Part shown: positions 17,318-27,500 of the stretch, one piece after another
Position numbering within the stretch: the stretch's first letter is position 1
Layout: every line of letters begins with the position of its first letter
NCBI GenBank assembly: GCA_002748355.1
Contig: PDSF01000041.1
Location: 6,293-70,292, forward strand
Reading direction: 5' to 3'
Length of the DNA: 64,000 nucleotides
Source of the DNA: Planctomycetota bacterium
GTDB lineage: Bacteria; Planctomycetota; UBA1135; GCA-002748355
Notes under the pieces: generated by a model
Told to the model about the DNA's origin: nothing
Database searches by the model: none
What the model saw: the letters and a program-made list of their open reading frames with translations, nothing else
Program-made: the position numbers and the translations under genes

Positions 17318-18979
17318 ATGGCAAAACAAGGCATCGGCTTCGACCTCAGCGGTGAAGAAGCCCTCCTCCTCAGCGGACGCAAGAAGGGAGCGGCCTTCCA
17401 GGTCACTCGTTTCGAACGGCTTGCGCACGAGGAACGGCGCGTGCTTGGCGCGCGGGCGCCACTCGGCGCGATCTGCACCGGGCTGAGCGGTCGCGACCTG
17501 ATCCTCAAATACTCGCGGGTGCCGACCGTCCCGGATTGGCAGTTGGCGAAGCTGATGGAGTTCGAGGTCGAGGGCATCGCCCAGCAGGCGGGCGGCAAAC
17601 TCAGCTATGACTACAACCTGCTGCCGGTCCAGAACGAGATGACGGGGGAGGACACCGTCCTCCTGGCCCTGGCCAAATCCGACGCCCTGGATGGGCTGAT
17701 CGCCAAGGCCGCCACGGCGAAGGGCCGGGTGCAGGCCTTCACTCCCAATGCGATTGCGGCCTACAACTGTTTCCTGCAGTTCGGGCACATCAGCGATGAG
17801 GTAACGCTCATCGCCTGGATGGGAGAATCCTCCATTGACCTTGCTTTGCTGCGTGGGGCGAGCTTGCTCTTCGCCCGCAATGTTACTGGTGGTCTCGGGG
17901 TTCTCGATGGCGCGATCCGCCAATCCTTCAACGTGCGTGAGGAGCGGGCGCGCAAGATTCGCCGAGAGCTGCTCGACCTCGATCCCAGCAAGCGCGGCCA
18001 GCACGCGAGCTCGCAAGAAGAGAAGGTCGCCCACGCCGTGCAGGGGGTCCAGGGGCAGTTGCAAGCGGCCCTGCGCTCGACCCTCGCCTTCTGCCAGTCG
18101 CAGATCCAAATCCAGGACCTGAGCCTTGATCGTGTTTTGCTTTGTGGGCCGGGGGCGAAGTTGCGAGGCCTGGACCGCTTCCTTGCCCAGGGCCTGGGCA
18201 GCGCGGTCGAAATCTGGGACCCGGTGCCAGGCTGCGAACTCTCGCAATGCCCGGCCGAGGATGCTGCTGCCTTGGAAGAGGCCGGCCCCGAGTCGGTCTT
18301 GGCGCTTGGGCTAGCTCTGGCGCCCTGCTTCGAGGATCTCTATTCGATCGAGATCCTCCCCGAGGCGGTAAAGAAGCAGCGCCGTTTCCAAGAGCGCTAT
18401 GTGTGGAACATCGCCGCGGCCTTGCTCGCCGTGGCCTTCTTGGTCTTCAGTTTCTTCAAGTCGCAGGGGCGTTTCGAAGAACTGCAGCAGGCTGAACGAG
18501 TCCTTCGCCGTCAGGCTGACACGATCAAGAGTCGGCACCAAAGAACGGAGAAGCTCATTGCGGGCATCGAGGAAAACTCCGAGAGGATCCGCAAGCTGGA
18601 AGAACTGGCGGTGCCGCTGCACGCCAGCATTCGCACCCTGCGCACCCTGCGGACTTCTTTGCCGGAGAACCTCTGGGTTACCGAGCTGCGTTCGCAGCGC
18701 GGACCGATTTCCTGGGAAAAGCCGGTCAAGCGGTCGTCTCGCGGCCGGCCCAGGCAGCTCATCCGTCCCTACCTCAGCATCGAGGGATTGGGGGTGCCCC
18801 TTGCCGGGAAAACCCCGCGCGTGAGTTATACGAAGTTCAAGACGCTGCTCGATGGCGTCCTCCCGATGGTCGAGTCGAGTGCTGGAAGCCGAGACGGAGC
18901 GTTCCGCTTTACCTGCAAGCTCGACTTCCTCCTCCGGACTCCGGAGAAGAAGACGGACAAGGAAGAGGAGGGGCGCTGA
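17318..18979 (+). CDS. PilM-PilN fusion (type IV filament alignment complex)
   Basis: Actin-like PilM (GFDLSG..., VLLCGPGAKLRGLDRFL), then TM, coiled coil and PilN-like LRTSLPENLWVTEL. Confidence 0.8.
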   Translation: MAKQGIGFDLSGEEALLLSGRKKGAAFQVTRFERLAHEERRVLGARAPLGAICTGLSGRDLILKYSRVPTVPDWQLAKLMEFEVEGIAQQAGGKLSYDYNLLPVQNEMTGEDTVLLALAKSDALDGLIAKAATAKGRVQAFTPNAIAAYNCFLQFGHISDEVTLIAWMGESSIDLALLRGASLLFARNVTGGLGVLDGAIRQSFNVREERARKIRRELLDLDPSKRGQHASSQEEKVAHAVQGVQGQLQAALRSTLAFCQSQIQIQDLSLDRVLLCGPGAKLRGLDRFLAQGLGSAVEIWDPVPGCELSQCPAEDAAALEEAGPESVLALGLALAPCFEDLYSIEILPEAVKKQRRFQERYVWNIAAALLAVAFLVFSFFKSQGRFEELQQAERVLRRQADTIKSRHQRTEKLIAGIEENSERIRKLEELAVPLHASIRTLRTLRTSLPENLWVTELRSQRGPISWEKPVKRSSRGRPRQLIRPYLSIEGLGVPLAGKTPRVSYTKFKTLLDGVLPMVESSAGSRDGAFRFTCKLDFLLRTPEKKTDKEEEGR

Positions 18980-18981
18980 AC

Positions 18982-19866
18982 ATGGACCTCAACGATCTCT
19001 GGCAAGAACACAAGACTTGGATCCTCGGCATTGTCGCTGGGCTGATCCTCTTCCTCGCCTGTAACTCAGTGATCGGCGGCAGCTTCGGCACCGAAAAGCT
19101 CAAACGGGCGATGGCCGGGCACCAGCGCAGCGTGGCCAGTAGCAAGATGTATGGCCAAGAAGAAGAACGGCAGGCGCGCAAGCTCAGCAAGGAGCTGGAG
19201 CAGCGCCTGCTGAGCTTGCAGCAGCGCAGCTACTTCGACCCGCAAGACCGTTACCTGCTTGAGGGCAAGGGCGATTACTCGACGCATTATCTGACCGTGA
19301 CCAGTGAGGACGAGATAGAGATGCGGCGGGCGATGAATACCGCCAACGTCGACTTCCTCGCGGCAAGGCTCGGTCTGCCGGCGAGTTCGCCGACCGAGCG
19401 GGATGAGGTGCAGAGGATGCTCCTTGGGCTGGATCTGGTCACCGATGCCTTGACCCGCCTGCTCGCGGCCTCCGATGAGGTCCTGACCCAGTTGCCCGGC
19501 CAGCACGGGCTGCGTGCGGTCGACAAGATCCAGATCGAGGCGGCGCCCAGGAAGCGAAACCGAAGCTCCCGTGGCTCCAAGGCTCCGGTCCAGCTTGGGG
19601 AGGAGGTCACGGTGCGCCTGGTCTTTCGTTCGGACTCGGTCACCGTCGAGCGTTGGCTCGAGCGCCTCCTGGGCGAGCGGGCTCTGCCGAGCTCGGGGGA
19701 CGAGGACGAGGTGAGCGAAGCGGAAGGCGGCGAGGCCGAGGCCGAGCACCAAGGCCCGCGCCCCATCCTGCTCAAGTCTCTGCAAGTCGAGGACGTCGGG
19801 CGCGAGTCTGGTGAGCCTCTGAAGGTGAGCGTCACGCTGTTGGCCCTGATTGCTAAGGAGAGCTGA
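18982..19866 (+). CDS. PilO/GspM-like protein
   Basis: N-terminal TM, coiled coil, ferredoxin-like beta strands; position after PilMN. Confidence 0.55.
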   Translation: MDLNDLWQEHKTWILGIVAGLILFLACNSVIGGSFGTEKLKRAMAGHQRSVASSKMYGQEEERQARKLSKELEQRLLSLQQRSYFDPQDRYLLEGKGDYSTHYLTVTSEDEIEMRRAMNTANVDFLAARLGLPASSPTERDEVQRMLLGLDLVTDALTRLLAASDEVLTQLPGQHGLRAVDKIQIEAAPRKRNRSSRGSKAPVQLGEEVTVRLVFRSDSVTVERWLERLLGERALPSSGDEDEVSEAEGGEAEAEHQGPRPILLKSLQVEDVGRESGEPLKVSVTLLALIAKES

Positions 19867-19868
19867 GC

Positions 19869-22751
19869 GTGCAGCTTCGCAAAGAACAGATTCTCTTCGT
19901 CGTTGTCCTGCTGATCGTGGTGTGGCTTTTCGCCTCCGATAAGGACGGCCGCATAGGCCGCAAGCTTCGGCGTCCCAGCAAGAAGGCCGTTCCGGCTATC
20001 GAACTACCCAACTCTTCGCTGGCCCAAGGAGCACAGAAAGAACTGGAGCGCGATGCCCGCGACCTCTTCCTCAAGCCCTCGGCCAGCAAGCCTTTGCCGC
20101 CGCTCGAATTGCCTCTGCCGGCGCTTGCCGATCTGCCGGTGCAGCTGCCGCTGCTTGAGCCTGGGCCGGTATTGGCCCGGGCGCATCTTTTGCGCGTAAA
20201 GCTTGGCGACTTGCCGAGGGTGGCCGCCCAGGCGAGGGGTGCCGAGGCGGGGGGCAGCGAGGACTCAGGTCCGGGTTCCGAGACCTCGGATGGGGCGCCG
20301 GATGAGGATCCGGATGGGAATGGGGCCGCAGATGGGGCGCCGCAGGAAGCTCCAGCAGGGCCGTCGTTTGAGCAGGAGCCCAGCACGGTCGTCGATCACA
20401 GCGACGAGTATGACCTCCTCACTCTGAATGATGGCCGCAAGGTCTGGGGCCAAGTGCGTGGGGAGCATCCCTTCGCCTATGGGCGTCCAGAGGACTCCAA
20501 TGTCTGGGCGTTGATCGGGCCCTTCAAGCAGCCCGTTCTCTTCCAGACCTATCGTCCGGAGAAGGGCACGGCTGGCATCACCAACCCGTGGCCTGCCGAA
20601 AAGGTGCTACGGGTCGAGTTTGCCAAGCGCGTCGAGAACAAGATCGCCTTGATGCAGCGGCGCATTCCCGATGACGACAGCGGGCTCAGCCTGCGTAAGG
20701 CCTTTGTGCTCGACTTGCTCCAGAATCATCGCGACAGCGAGGATGCTCTCAAGGAGGCGGCGCGGCAGGCGCAGCGGCACATCGAGCTGGCGCCCCATTA
20801 CATCGACGGCTACGAGCTGCTGGCGTTCGTCTACCATGCGACCGGCCAGTTCGAGAAGGAACTCGAGTTCTACGACAGCCTGGCGAACGGACCGTTCAAA
20901 GAGGCCGCATTCGTGCACGTTGGCCGGGCGGTGGTCGCGCGCAAGCTCGGCATGCACAGCTTGGCCGTGCGCGAGCTCGAGGCCGCGATCGCTAGAGATC
21001 GTAGCTACAGCCGAGCCTGGTTGGAGCTGGCTCGCTGTGCTCTCCAGGCCGGTGCTTCGGAGAAGGCGGTGGAGCATGCTCGCCGGGCCGCTTTGACCCG
21101 GGCCTCGGGCATGGAGGCGCGCGTCTCGATCGAGGTGGACCTGGTCCTCGTGCAGGCTTTGCTGGCAGGCGGGCAGTTCCAGGAAGCCGCCACCAGCCTG
21201 CTCGAGTTCGAGAATCGTGTTCGCGACCCGCAAGCTGCTCTGCTTGGCGAGATGCGCAAGTTGCGTGCTGCCGCCCAGCTCGGCCTCGGCAAGATCGCTG
21301 AAGCGCGCGCCAGCTATGAAGAGGCGGCGACCTTGGCACCCAGCGATGCCGAGGCCGCACTCGGGGCCTGTGTCGCCTCGCTGCGCAGTGGCGATCGCGC
21401 GGCGGCCCTGGCCCACGCCAAGGATGCGGCCCGGCGCGACCCCTTGCTGCGCGGCCGCGCCTACGCGGCTGAGGCCCTGCTCCTCGATTTGGCCGGCGGC
21501 CACGCCGAGGCGTTGGCGCGGCTGGCCGAGGCGCGCGAGATTGCGCCGCGAGGTCCCTACCTGCTCTATCTCCTGGGGCGCAGTTTGCGTTTGGCCGGAG
21601 AGTTTGGCGAGGCGCGGGAGGTCTTGCAGCTGCTCTTGCAGGAGCGCAGCGACTTCCTCGAATCGATGGCCGAGCGTGCTCTCGCCACCATGCAGCTGGC
21701 GCAGAGCGAGGCCAAGAACGACCCCGCTGGCGCCCTCGCGATGTTGGAGGAGGCCGAACGCTTTGCCGCGCGGGTGGCTCGTGACGAGGCCGAGCGGGGC
21801 AAGGATCCGATCTTCCTCGACCTCCTCGGGACCATTCGCTACCACCAACTCGATGGCGAAGGTGCTAAGGAAGCCTTCGAGCAGTCCCTGGCCTGGAAGC
21901 CCGGTCCCTACGCCAAGATCATGCTTGCCTTGATTGCCTACCGGCAGGGCTATACCGATCGGGCCATCACCGAGCTCGTGACCCTGACCCAGGAGATCCG
22001 CGATCCGAAGGACCGCTTCCGTAAGTTCGCGGAGAGGGCTCGCGATGCCATCATCGACCATCGCGGTAAGCGTCTCTTCGTCGATGAGTTCGAGCGGGAG
22101 CTCGGTGAGCTTTGGCAGCCCGAGTCGCGCCACCAGGCGAAATGGATGGCGGTGAATGGCCGGGTGCAGCTGCGCGGTACGTCGCAGGGCGAAGATCGTC
22201 TGGCCCGTTGCCGCTACACCGTGGACCAGGCCCGCAACTTCCTCGAACTGTCCACCGAGATCACTTTGTTGAAGGGCTTCAGTGCCCGCAAAGCGGTGTT
22301 GCGCATCAGTGATCTGCGCAGCTCCAATCTCAGCAGCGCCCGCAAATCGCGCTTCCTTCTGGAGGTCGGCTACGACGCCACGCGGGCGCAAGGCGCGGGT
22401 GGAGCCTTCGTCCACTTCCACCAGAATCATGGTGGTTCAAAGAAGGACCTCAGCGAGATTGGTGCCGGAGACCCCGGTTTCCCAGCGGAGCTGCGCATCG
22501 AGCGGGGCAAGCCTTTCACTGTCGTCGTGCGACGTCTCGGTGCCCAGCGGCAGAGCGGTCCCGGCGCCCGGCAAAAGGAGACGCTTGTCGTGCTGATCGA
22601 CGGCTTCGAGGTGCTGCGCCGTGATGTGGTGCAGGCCTTTGGTCTGCGCCAAAACCCGCTCGCCATCGACTTCCACGTTCAGGGTCTCGAGGGAACGAGG
22701 CTCGACACCGCCTTCGACAAGTTCCGTCTCGTGCGCTACGGCGAGGGATGA
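19869..22751 (+). CDS. Membrane-anchored TPR-rich protein with a C-terminal beta-sandwich (lectin-like) domain
   Basis: GTG start; TM; proline-rich linker; DLLTLNDGRKVWG barrel; many TPRs; beta-rich C-terminus (FVDEFER...W...). Confidence 0.75.
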   Translation: MQLRKEQILFVVVLLIVVWLFASDKDGRIGRKLRRPSKKAVPAIELPNSSLAQGAQKELERDARDLFLKPSASKPLPPLELPLPALADLPVQLPLLEPGPVLARAHLLRVKLGDLPRVAAQARGAEAGGSEDSGPGSETSDGAPDEDPDGNGAADGAPQEAPAGPSFEQEPSTVVDHSDEYDLLTLNDGRKVWGQVRGEHPFAYGRPEDSNVWALIGPFKQPVLFQTYRPEKGTAGITNPWPAEKVLRVEFAKRVENKIALMQRRIPDDDSGLSLRKAFVLDLLQNHRDSEDALKEAARQAQRHIELAPHYIDGYELLAFVYHATGQFEKELEFYDSLANGPFKEAAFVHVGRAVVARKLGMHSLAVRELEAAIARDRSYSRAWLELARCALQAGASEKAVEHARRAALTRASGMEARVSIEVDLVLVQALLAGGQFQEAATSLLEFENRVRDPQAALLGEMRKLRAAAQLGLGKIAEARASYEEAATLAPSDAEAALGACVASLRSGDRAAALAHAKDAARRDPLLRGRAYAAEALLLDLAGGHAEALARLAEAREIAPRGPYLLYLLGRSLRLAGEFGEAREVLQLLLQERSDFLESMAERALATMQLAQSEAKNDPAGALAMLEEAERFAARVARDEAERGKDPIFLDLLGTIRYHQLDGEGAKEAFEQSLAWKPGPYAKIMLALIAYRQGYTDRAITELVTLTQEIRDPKDRFRKFAERARDAIIDHRGKRLFVDEFERELGELWQPESRHQAKWMAVNGRVQLRGTSQGEDRLARCRYTVDQARNFLELSTEITLLKGFSARKAVLRISDLRSSNLSSARKSRFLLEVGYDATRAQGAGGAFVHFHQNHGGSKKDLSEIGAGDPGFPAELRIERGKPFTVVVRRLGAQRQSGPGARQKETLVVLIDGFEVLRRDVVQAFGLRQNPLAIDFHVQGLEGTRLDTAFDKFRLVRYGEG

Positions 22752-23431
22752 GCATGCAGTACAGAAGAGAGCCCATGCCGATGCGGAGCCAGCGAGGCCG
22801 CGCCGGTTTCACCCTGATCGAGCTTCTGATCGTCATCGGCATCATCTCCGGTCTGATGGTCTGGATCGTGCCGACCTTGTTGGGCGCGAGTCAGGAGACG
22901 GCGAAGATCAAGGAGACCCAGGTTCTGCTCCATGAGCTGGCCTCGCGGGCGGAGTCTTATGCGAACCAGCGTCGCTTCGGTGACTATCCTCCCGACAACT
23001 TCCGCGACCCCGCGCGCAAGCTCTTGGTCGTTGCCGACTCGATCAATCCCGGCATCGAGTCGCTCGTTGCCTTCCTCTCACGCGAAGACTCGAAGGACGA
23101 GGACCTGAGCCGCTTGCAGGAGAAGTTTTCGAATACCGACAATGACAAGTCCGATGCGCCGATCGGCCGTCTCGATCGCCCGGACAAGCTTGAGATCGTC
23201 GATGCCTGGGGCAACCCGATCGTCTACTTCACTCGCCGCAGCTACCGCCAAGAGCCCCAGACCTATCGCAACCAATATGGGGAAGACTTCTCGGTCTCAG
23301 CATGGAAGCGCAAAGACGGGAGCTTCTTCAACAACCGGCACTTCCAGCTGTTTTCTGCCGGGCCGGATGAGAAATACGGGACCCCGGACGATATAGGCCA
23401 CAACTTCGTGCCCGAAGAGCAGGGCGACTGA
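22748..23431 (+). CDS. Major pseudopilin-like protein (GspG-type)
   Basis: Class III signal G|FTLIELLIVIGII; DAWGNPIVY; SAGPDEKYGTPDDI. Confidence 0.88.
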   Translation: MSMQYRREPMPMRSQRGRAGFTLIELLIVIGIISGLMVWIVPTLLGASQETAKIKETQVLLHELASRAESYANQRRFGDYPPDNFRDPARKLLVVADSINPGIESLVAFLSREDSKDEDLSRLQEKFSNTDNDKSDAPIGRLDRPDKLEIVDAWGNPIVYFTRRSYRQEPQTYRNQYGEDFSVSAWKRKDGSFFNNRHFQLFSAGPDEKYGTPDDIGHNFVPEEQGD

Positions 23432-24507
23432 TGGGGCGTGGGGGGAGCGGCAGGGGGGCGCGATGGCAGCGTGAGCGCGGCTTCACGTTGCTGGAGATGC
23501 TGGTCGTCGTCGGGCTCATCGGCATCATGCTCGGCCTAGGCGTCGGCGCCTTGCAGCGACAGCGCAAGGCTCTCGAGCAGAGCGTGGTCAGCTTGCGCGA
23601 TCTGGTGCGCCTGGCCCGTGGCAATGCTCGCTTCTACCAGAGTTCCGTGCGCCTGGTTGTCGATCCGCCGCCGCGCAACGCTGCGCTGACTCAAACGCCG
23701 ACGGGAGAGCTCTATGAGCAGAGCTTCCGGGTGCTGGCGCTGCGGCCCTTGAGCGAGTGGAACTTCGATTTGGATGCCGCCAACGGCAGTTTTGGTATCG
23801 AAGCTAGCTTGGGGGCGGCGAGCATTGTTGACGCCGGGCGCTTCGGCCGCGGCCTGCGCCCTGACCCCGAAGGTGGGCAGCCGGGCGTTTTTGTGCGCAC
23901 GAGTCACTACAGCGAGTTCGACCTCAGGGAAGGCTTCGTGGCTCGCCTCGACCTCTGGCTTGAGTCGCACGAAGCCTGCACCATCCTGCGCCTGGGGCAG
24001 AGCTTTGAGCTTGGCGTGGATACCGGTGGCTATGCGCGCGGGCAGCTGACCTTCAGTGATGGGGCTGGCCAGGCCGGGCGCACGATTCGCTTGCGCGGGC
24101 TGCGGCCGCTGCCGCTGCGGCAGTGGTTCCGGCTGGCGTTCTCCTACGATGGACACAGCATCGTGCTGGAGCGGGATGGCTTGGAAGAGGACGAGAAGCC
24201 CGGTGCTGGACCGGTTTACTACGACACCCAGGCGGAGTTCTGGATCTCGGCCGGTGACACGCCGGTGCCGGGGCGCATCGACAGCGTTGAACTCTTCGCC
24301 TACGAGGCTCTCAGCGAGTTTTTGATCCCGCAGGATGTCCAGCTGGTCGAGGGGCCGGCGGCCCTGCACTTTGCGAAGGATGGGCGTCTCGACCCGCGCT
24401 ACCACTCAGCGCCAGTCACCTTCCGCATGAGCATGGGCGATGCGGCTGGCGGCACGAAGCCGCGACAAGAGAGCGTCACGATCGAGCTTGGGGGCCTGCC
24501 ACGATGA
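23431..24507 (+). CDS. Minor pilin (GspH/FimT-type) with an inserted LamG/ConA-like domain
   Basis: G|FTLLEMLVVVGLIG; WNFD...GRFGRGL...QWFRLAFSYDG..IVLERDG...G.ID LamG-like pattern. Confidence 0.82.
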   Translation: MGRGGSGRGARWQRERGFTLLEMLVVVGLIGIMLGLGVGALQRQRKALEQSVVSLRDLVRLARGNARFYQSSVRLVVDPPPRNAALTQTPTGELYEQSFRVLALRPLSEWNFDLDAANGSFGIEASLGAASIVDAGRFGRGLRPDPEGGQPGVFVRTSHYSEFDLREGFVARLDLWLESHEACTILRLGQSFELGVDTGGYARGQLTFSDGAGQAGRTIRLRGLRPLPLRQWFRLAFSYDGHSIVLERDGLEEDEKPGAGPVYYDTQAEFWISAGDTPVPGRIDSVELFAYEALSEFLIPQDVQLVEGPAALHFAKDGRLDPRYHSAPVTFRMSMGDAAGGTKPRQESVTIELGGLPR

Positions 24508-27500
24508 AGAGATCTGCACGCGCAGCGAGGCGGGGCCAAGGTCCTGCGAGCGGGGGGGCTCGGCCGGAATCGGGACTGGCCTTGCTGGCCGTCCTGGTGG
24601 TGCTGGGGATCATGGTCGCTCTGGTTGGGCCCTTCTTGGTCAGCATGTCCCAGTCCGGGGCTGCGGCCGAGCAGGAGGCCAGTGTTCGCGAAGCTCGCGT
24701 GCTGGTGCGTAGCTTGCGTGACAGCGCCTTGCAGAGCATCGCCGAGTCCCAGGGGGATGCTGACCCGACGCCTTCCTTCGACGGGCGCGAGGAGTTTCCC
24801 GAGTATTGGACTCCGCCGGTGCTGGCTGAGGAACAAGCCGGGCCTGATGCCGAGGAGCATCCTCTTGGTGAGACCCGACCGCTGCAAGTGGAGCTGCACG
24901 ATGTGCAGGGGCGCATTTTTGCGCCGACCATGCCCCAGCAAGTCTGGGCCAATCACTTTGCTTGGTGGGCGGTGCTGGCGCAGGACCTTGAGCCAGATGA
25001 GAGCGAGGAGCTGTCGATTCGCGGTGGCGAAGGGCTGCCCGATGCTGGCTATATCTGGATTGATAACGAGTGCGTTCGCTATGAGCGAAAGGAGGGGGGG
25101 CGGCTCTCTGGTTTGACCCGCGGCTGGTCTCCCGCTGGCGAGGTCAAGGCCGGAACCATTCCCGATCCCTACGGGCCGGCGGCGAAGCACCGCTCGGGCA
25201 CGAGCATCCACGACATGCGGGTGCGGCTGCTGGCGACTTGGGCCTTCGACCCGATGTTGAAGCCGCGGCGGGGGCAGCGCCGGGACTTCGTGCCTTTTGC
25301 CAGTGTCGAGGACATCGCTCGCGTCGAGTGCGAGCCGTTCGGGGGCTTTGCTCGCGACAAGGTCGAGGCGCTGCGGCGGCTCCTGGTCTTCGATAGCGCA
25401 CGGGTCGATGGCGGCATGCTTGGGCGAGCGGAGCGGGTCTTCAATACCATTCGAGCTGGCGAGACCCTTTCCTTGGTGGTCAAGGATGGCAGCTCCTTTC
25501 CCCCCGGAACCGTCGTCTGCGTGGAGATTGGTGACAGCATCGAGTGGAGCCTCGTGGTGTCGCTGCGCTTCCAAGGCCGTGGCAGCTCGGCGCGGCTGCC
25601 AGGCGGTGGCCGCACCCTGGTGCTCGACCGCCCGCTCGCCTTGAGCGCTGGCGAAGAGGAAGCTCGCGTGCGCCCCTTGCTGCCGGTTCCTGTCAACATC
25701 AACACGGCCGATGCCGAGCTGCTAGCGCTTCTCTTCGAGGCGCTGCGTAGTCACCGCCTGGGGAAGCAGCAGGGCGGCAGCCATGACCCGCTGCCTCGCT
25801 CCAAGGCCAAGCTCATCGCCGAACGCATCCTCCAGATGCGCAGCTACGACCCGGAATCTGAGGAGGCGGTGGAGCGGCCGTTTGAGAACTGGCAGGCCCT
25901 ACACGAGCGCGTGCTGGAGCCGCTGCGCGACGAGAAGCTGCTCAGCAATGCCGAACTCTTTCATCTCTACGCGCAGATGATGAACGGTCTCGACCAGCGG
26001 CTTGACCAAGCTCGGGTGCCGGTGGCCTTTGAGAGTTCGGGGCTGGTGGAATACCGTGCTGCGGCGGCCGTGCTTTCGGGGGCCGGCAGAACGCTTGCGC
26101 GCCGAGAGGTGCAAGGGCTGGCGCTGCCGCAGCCGGCTCGTAGTGTCGAGCGCCTCTACGCCACTCAAGAGCGCTTCGACGAGGCCACACGGCTGTCGCG
26201 CTCCCGGCCCTATTGGAGCACGGGGCCGATGGCGACAACGCTCCGCCAGGAGCGCAACTATCAGGAACCTCCCGATCCCGCCTTCGCGCAGCTGCTGCCA
26301 TGGCTCAAGGGTGAGTCGGCTCGCTGGCCGTCCCAGAGTGAGAGCGACAGTGTGGCGATGCTGGGGACCAGCCGTTTGCCCAATCTCCATCCTTTCAGCA
26401 TGGGCGCGAGTTTTCCCCTGGCCAATCACCCCGAGGGCAGGGACCTGTCGGCGCAGCCGTCTGAGCCCTTACTGGTCGAGGTTTCGGCGGAAACCCTGTC
26501 GACGGCCGTCCGCCAGATGATCGAGAAGGTGGCGAAGGGTGCTGAGGCTCTGCTGCCGATGTCCCTGCGCTTCGGCAGCGGCCAAGGTGGCGGCATGGGG
26601 ATCGGCTGGGGGCTCTCGGCCTGGTGGAAGCCCCGCTCCCTCCGCGAGTCTGTCCTCTTCGACCTCAACGGCGGCGAGGCCTTCCGTAACCGAATCTTCC
26701 TCGGTCTCGACAGCCAGGGCCTTAGCCTCCGGCTTTATGACAACGCCGGTCAGGACCCCGATCCGGGCGTTACCCAGCCGACCGAAACGGCACTTCGCTG
26801 GGAAGTCCCCATCGATCAGGCAGCCCTCGAAAAGGATCTCTGGTTCCACACGGCGATCGAGATCGCCCGTGGCTCGCCCAGTGGCCTCGCCCTCTTTACC
26901 GACGGGGCTTTGCTCGGCAAGCCGGCGTATCTGAGCTACGCCCGCGAGGGCCTGGGGGAACTGAGCTTGGACCTGAAGCCGGAGATCTCCTTCGCGGCGC
27001 AGCTGCAAGCGATGTCGCAGCCGCTCTCGGTCGAGGATGGCTCCAGCTTCCCGGAGAAGGGGGTGTACCGCATCGGTAACGAACTCTACGAGGCGACCCG
27101 AAATGGAAACAAGCTGAATCCGCGCCTGGATGACTCGATGGGCGGGCGCATGGCCCGCGGAACTTTCCGTATCCAAGACTCGGGGGGGCAAAATTCGCTG
27201 CAGCTTGGCCAAAACCCAGGGCAGCGCGGTTTCCTGAATCGGCGGGCGTTCGCCGATGCCTGCCCCGCTGGGGCGAGCCTTGAACTCTACGGCTATAGCA
27301 ACCCGGTGCTACGCGACAGCTTTATCGTTCCCGGTAAGGCGAAGTTGCAGGGCAGCTGCGGCCGCTGGCGGCCGCTGGTGGTGCTTGAAGCTCCTGATGA
27401 TGTCGTGCTCAACGAGGGCTCACGCTCGCTCAAGCTTGGCAAGGGCCTGCTCGAGGACAGCCATACTGCGAAGCTGGTTCTGGGGCCAGCCGATGGCAGC

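Noticed and set aside
20607-22430. Long antisense ORFs (also 16949-18247, 24399-25574, 29726-31093, 31388-32989, 38313-39209, 43466-44749)
   Set aside because: These are shadows of well-supported genes on the opposite strand in high-GC DNA, with no recognisable motifs.
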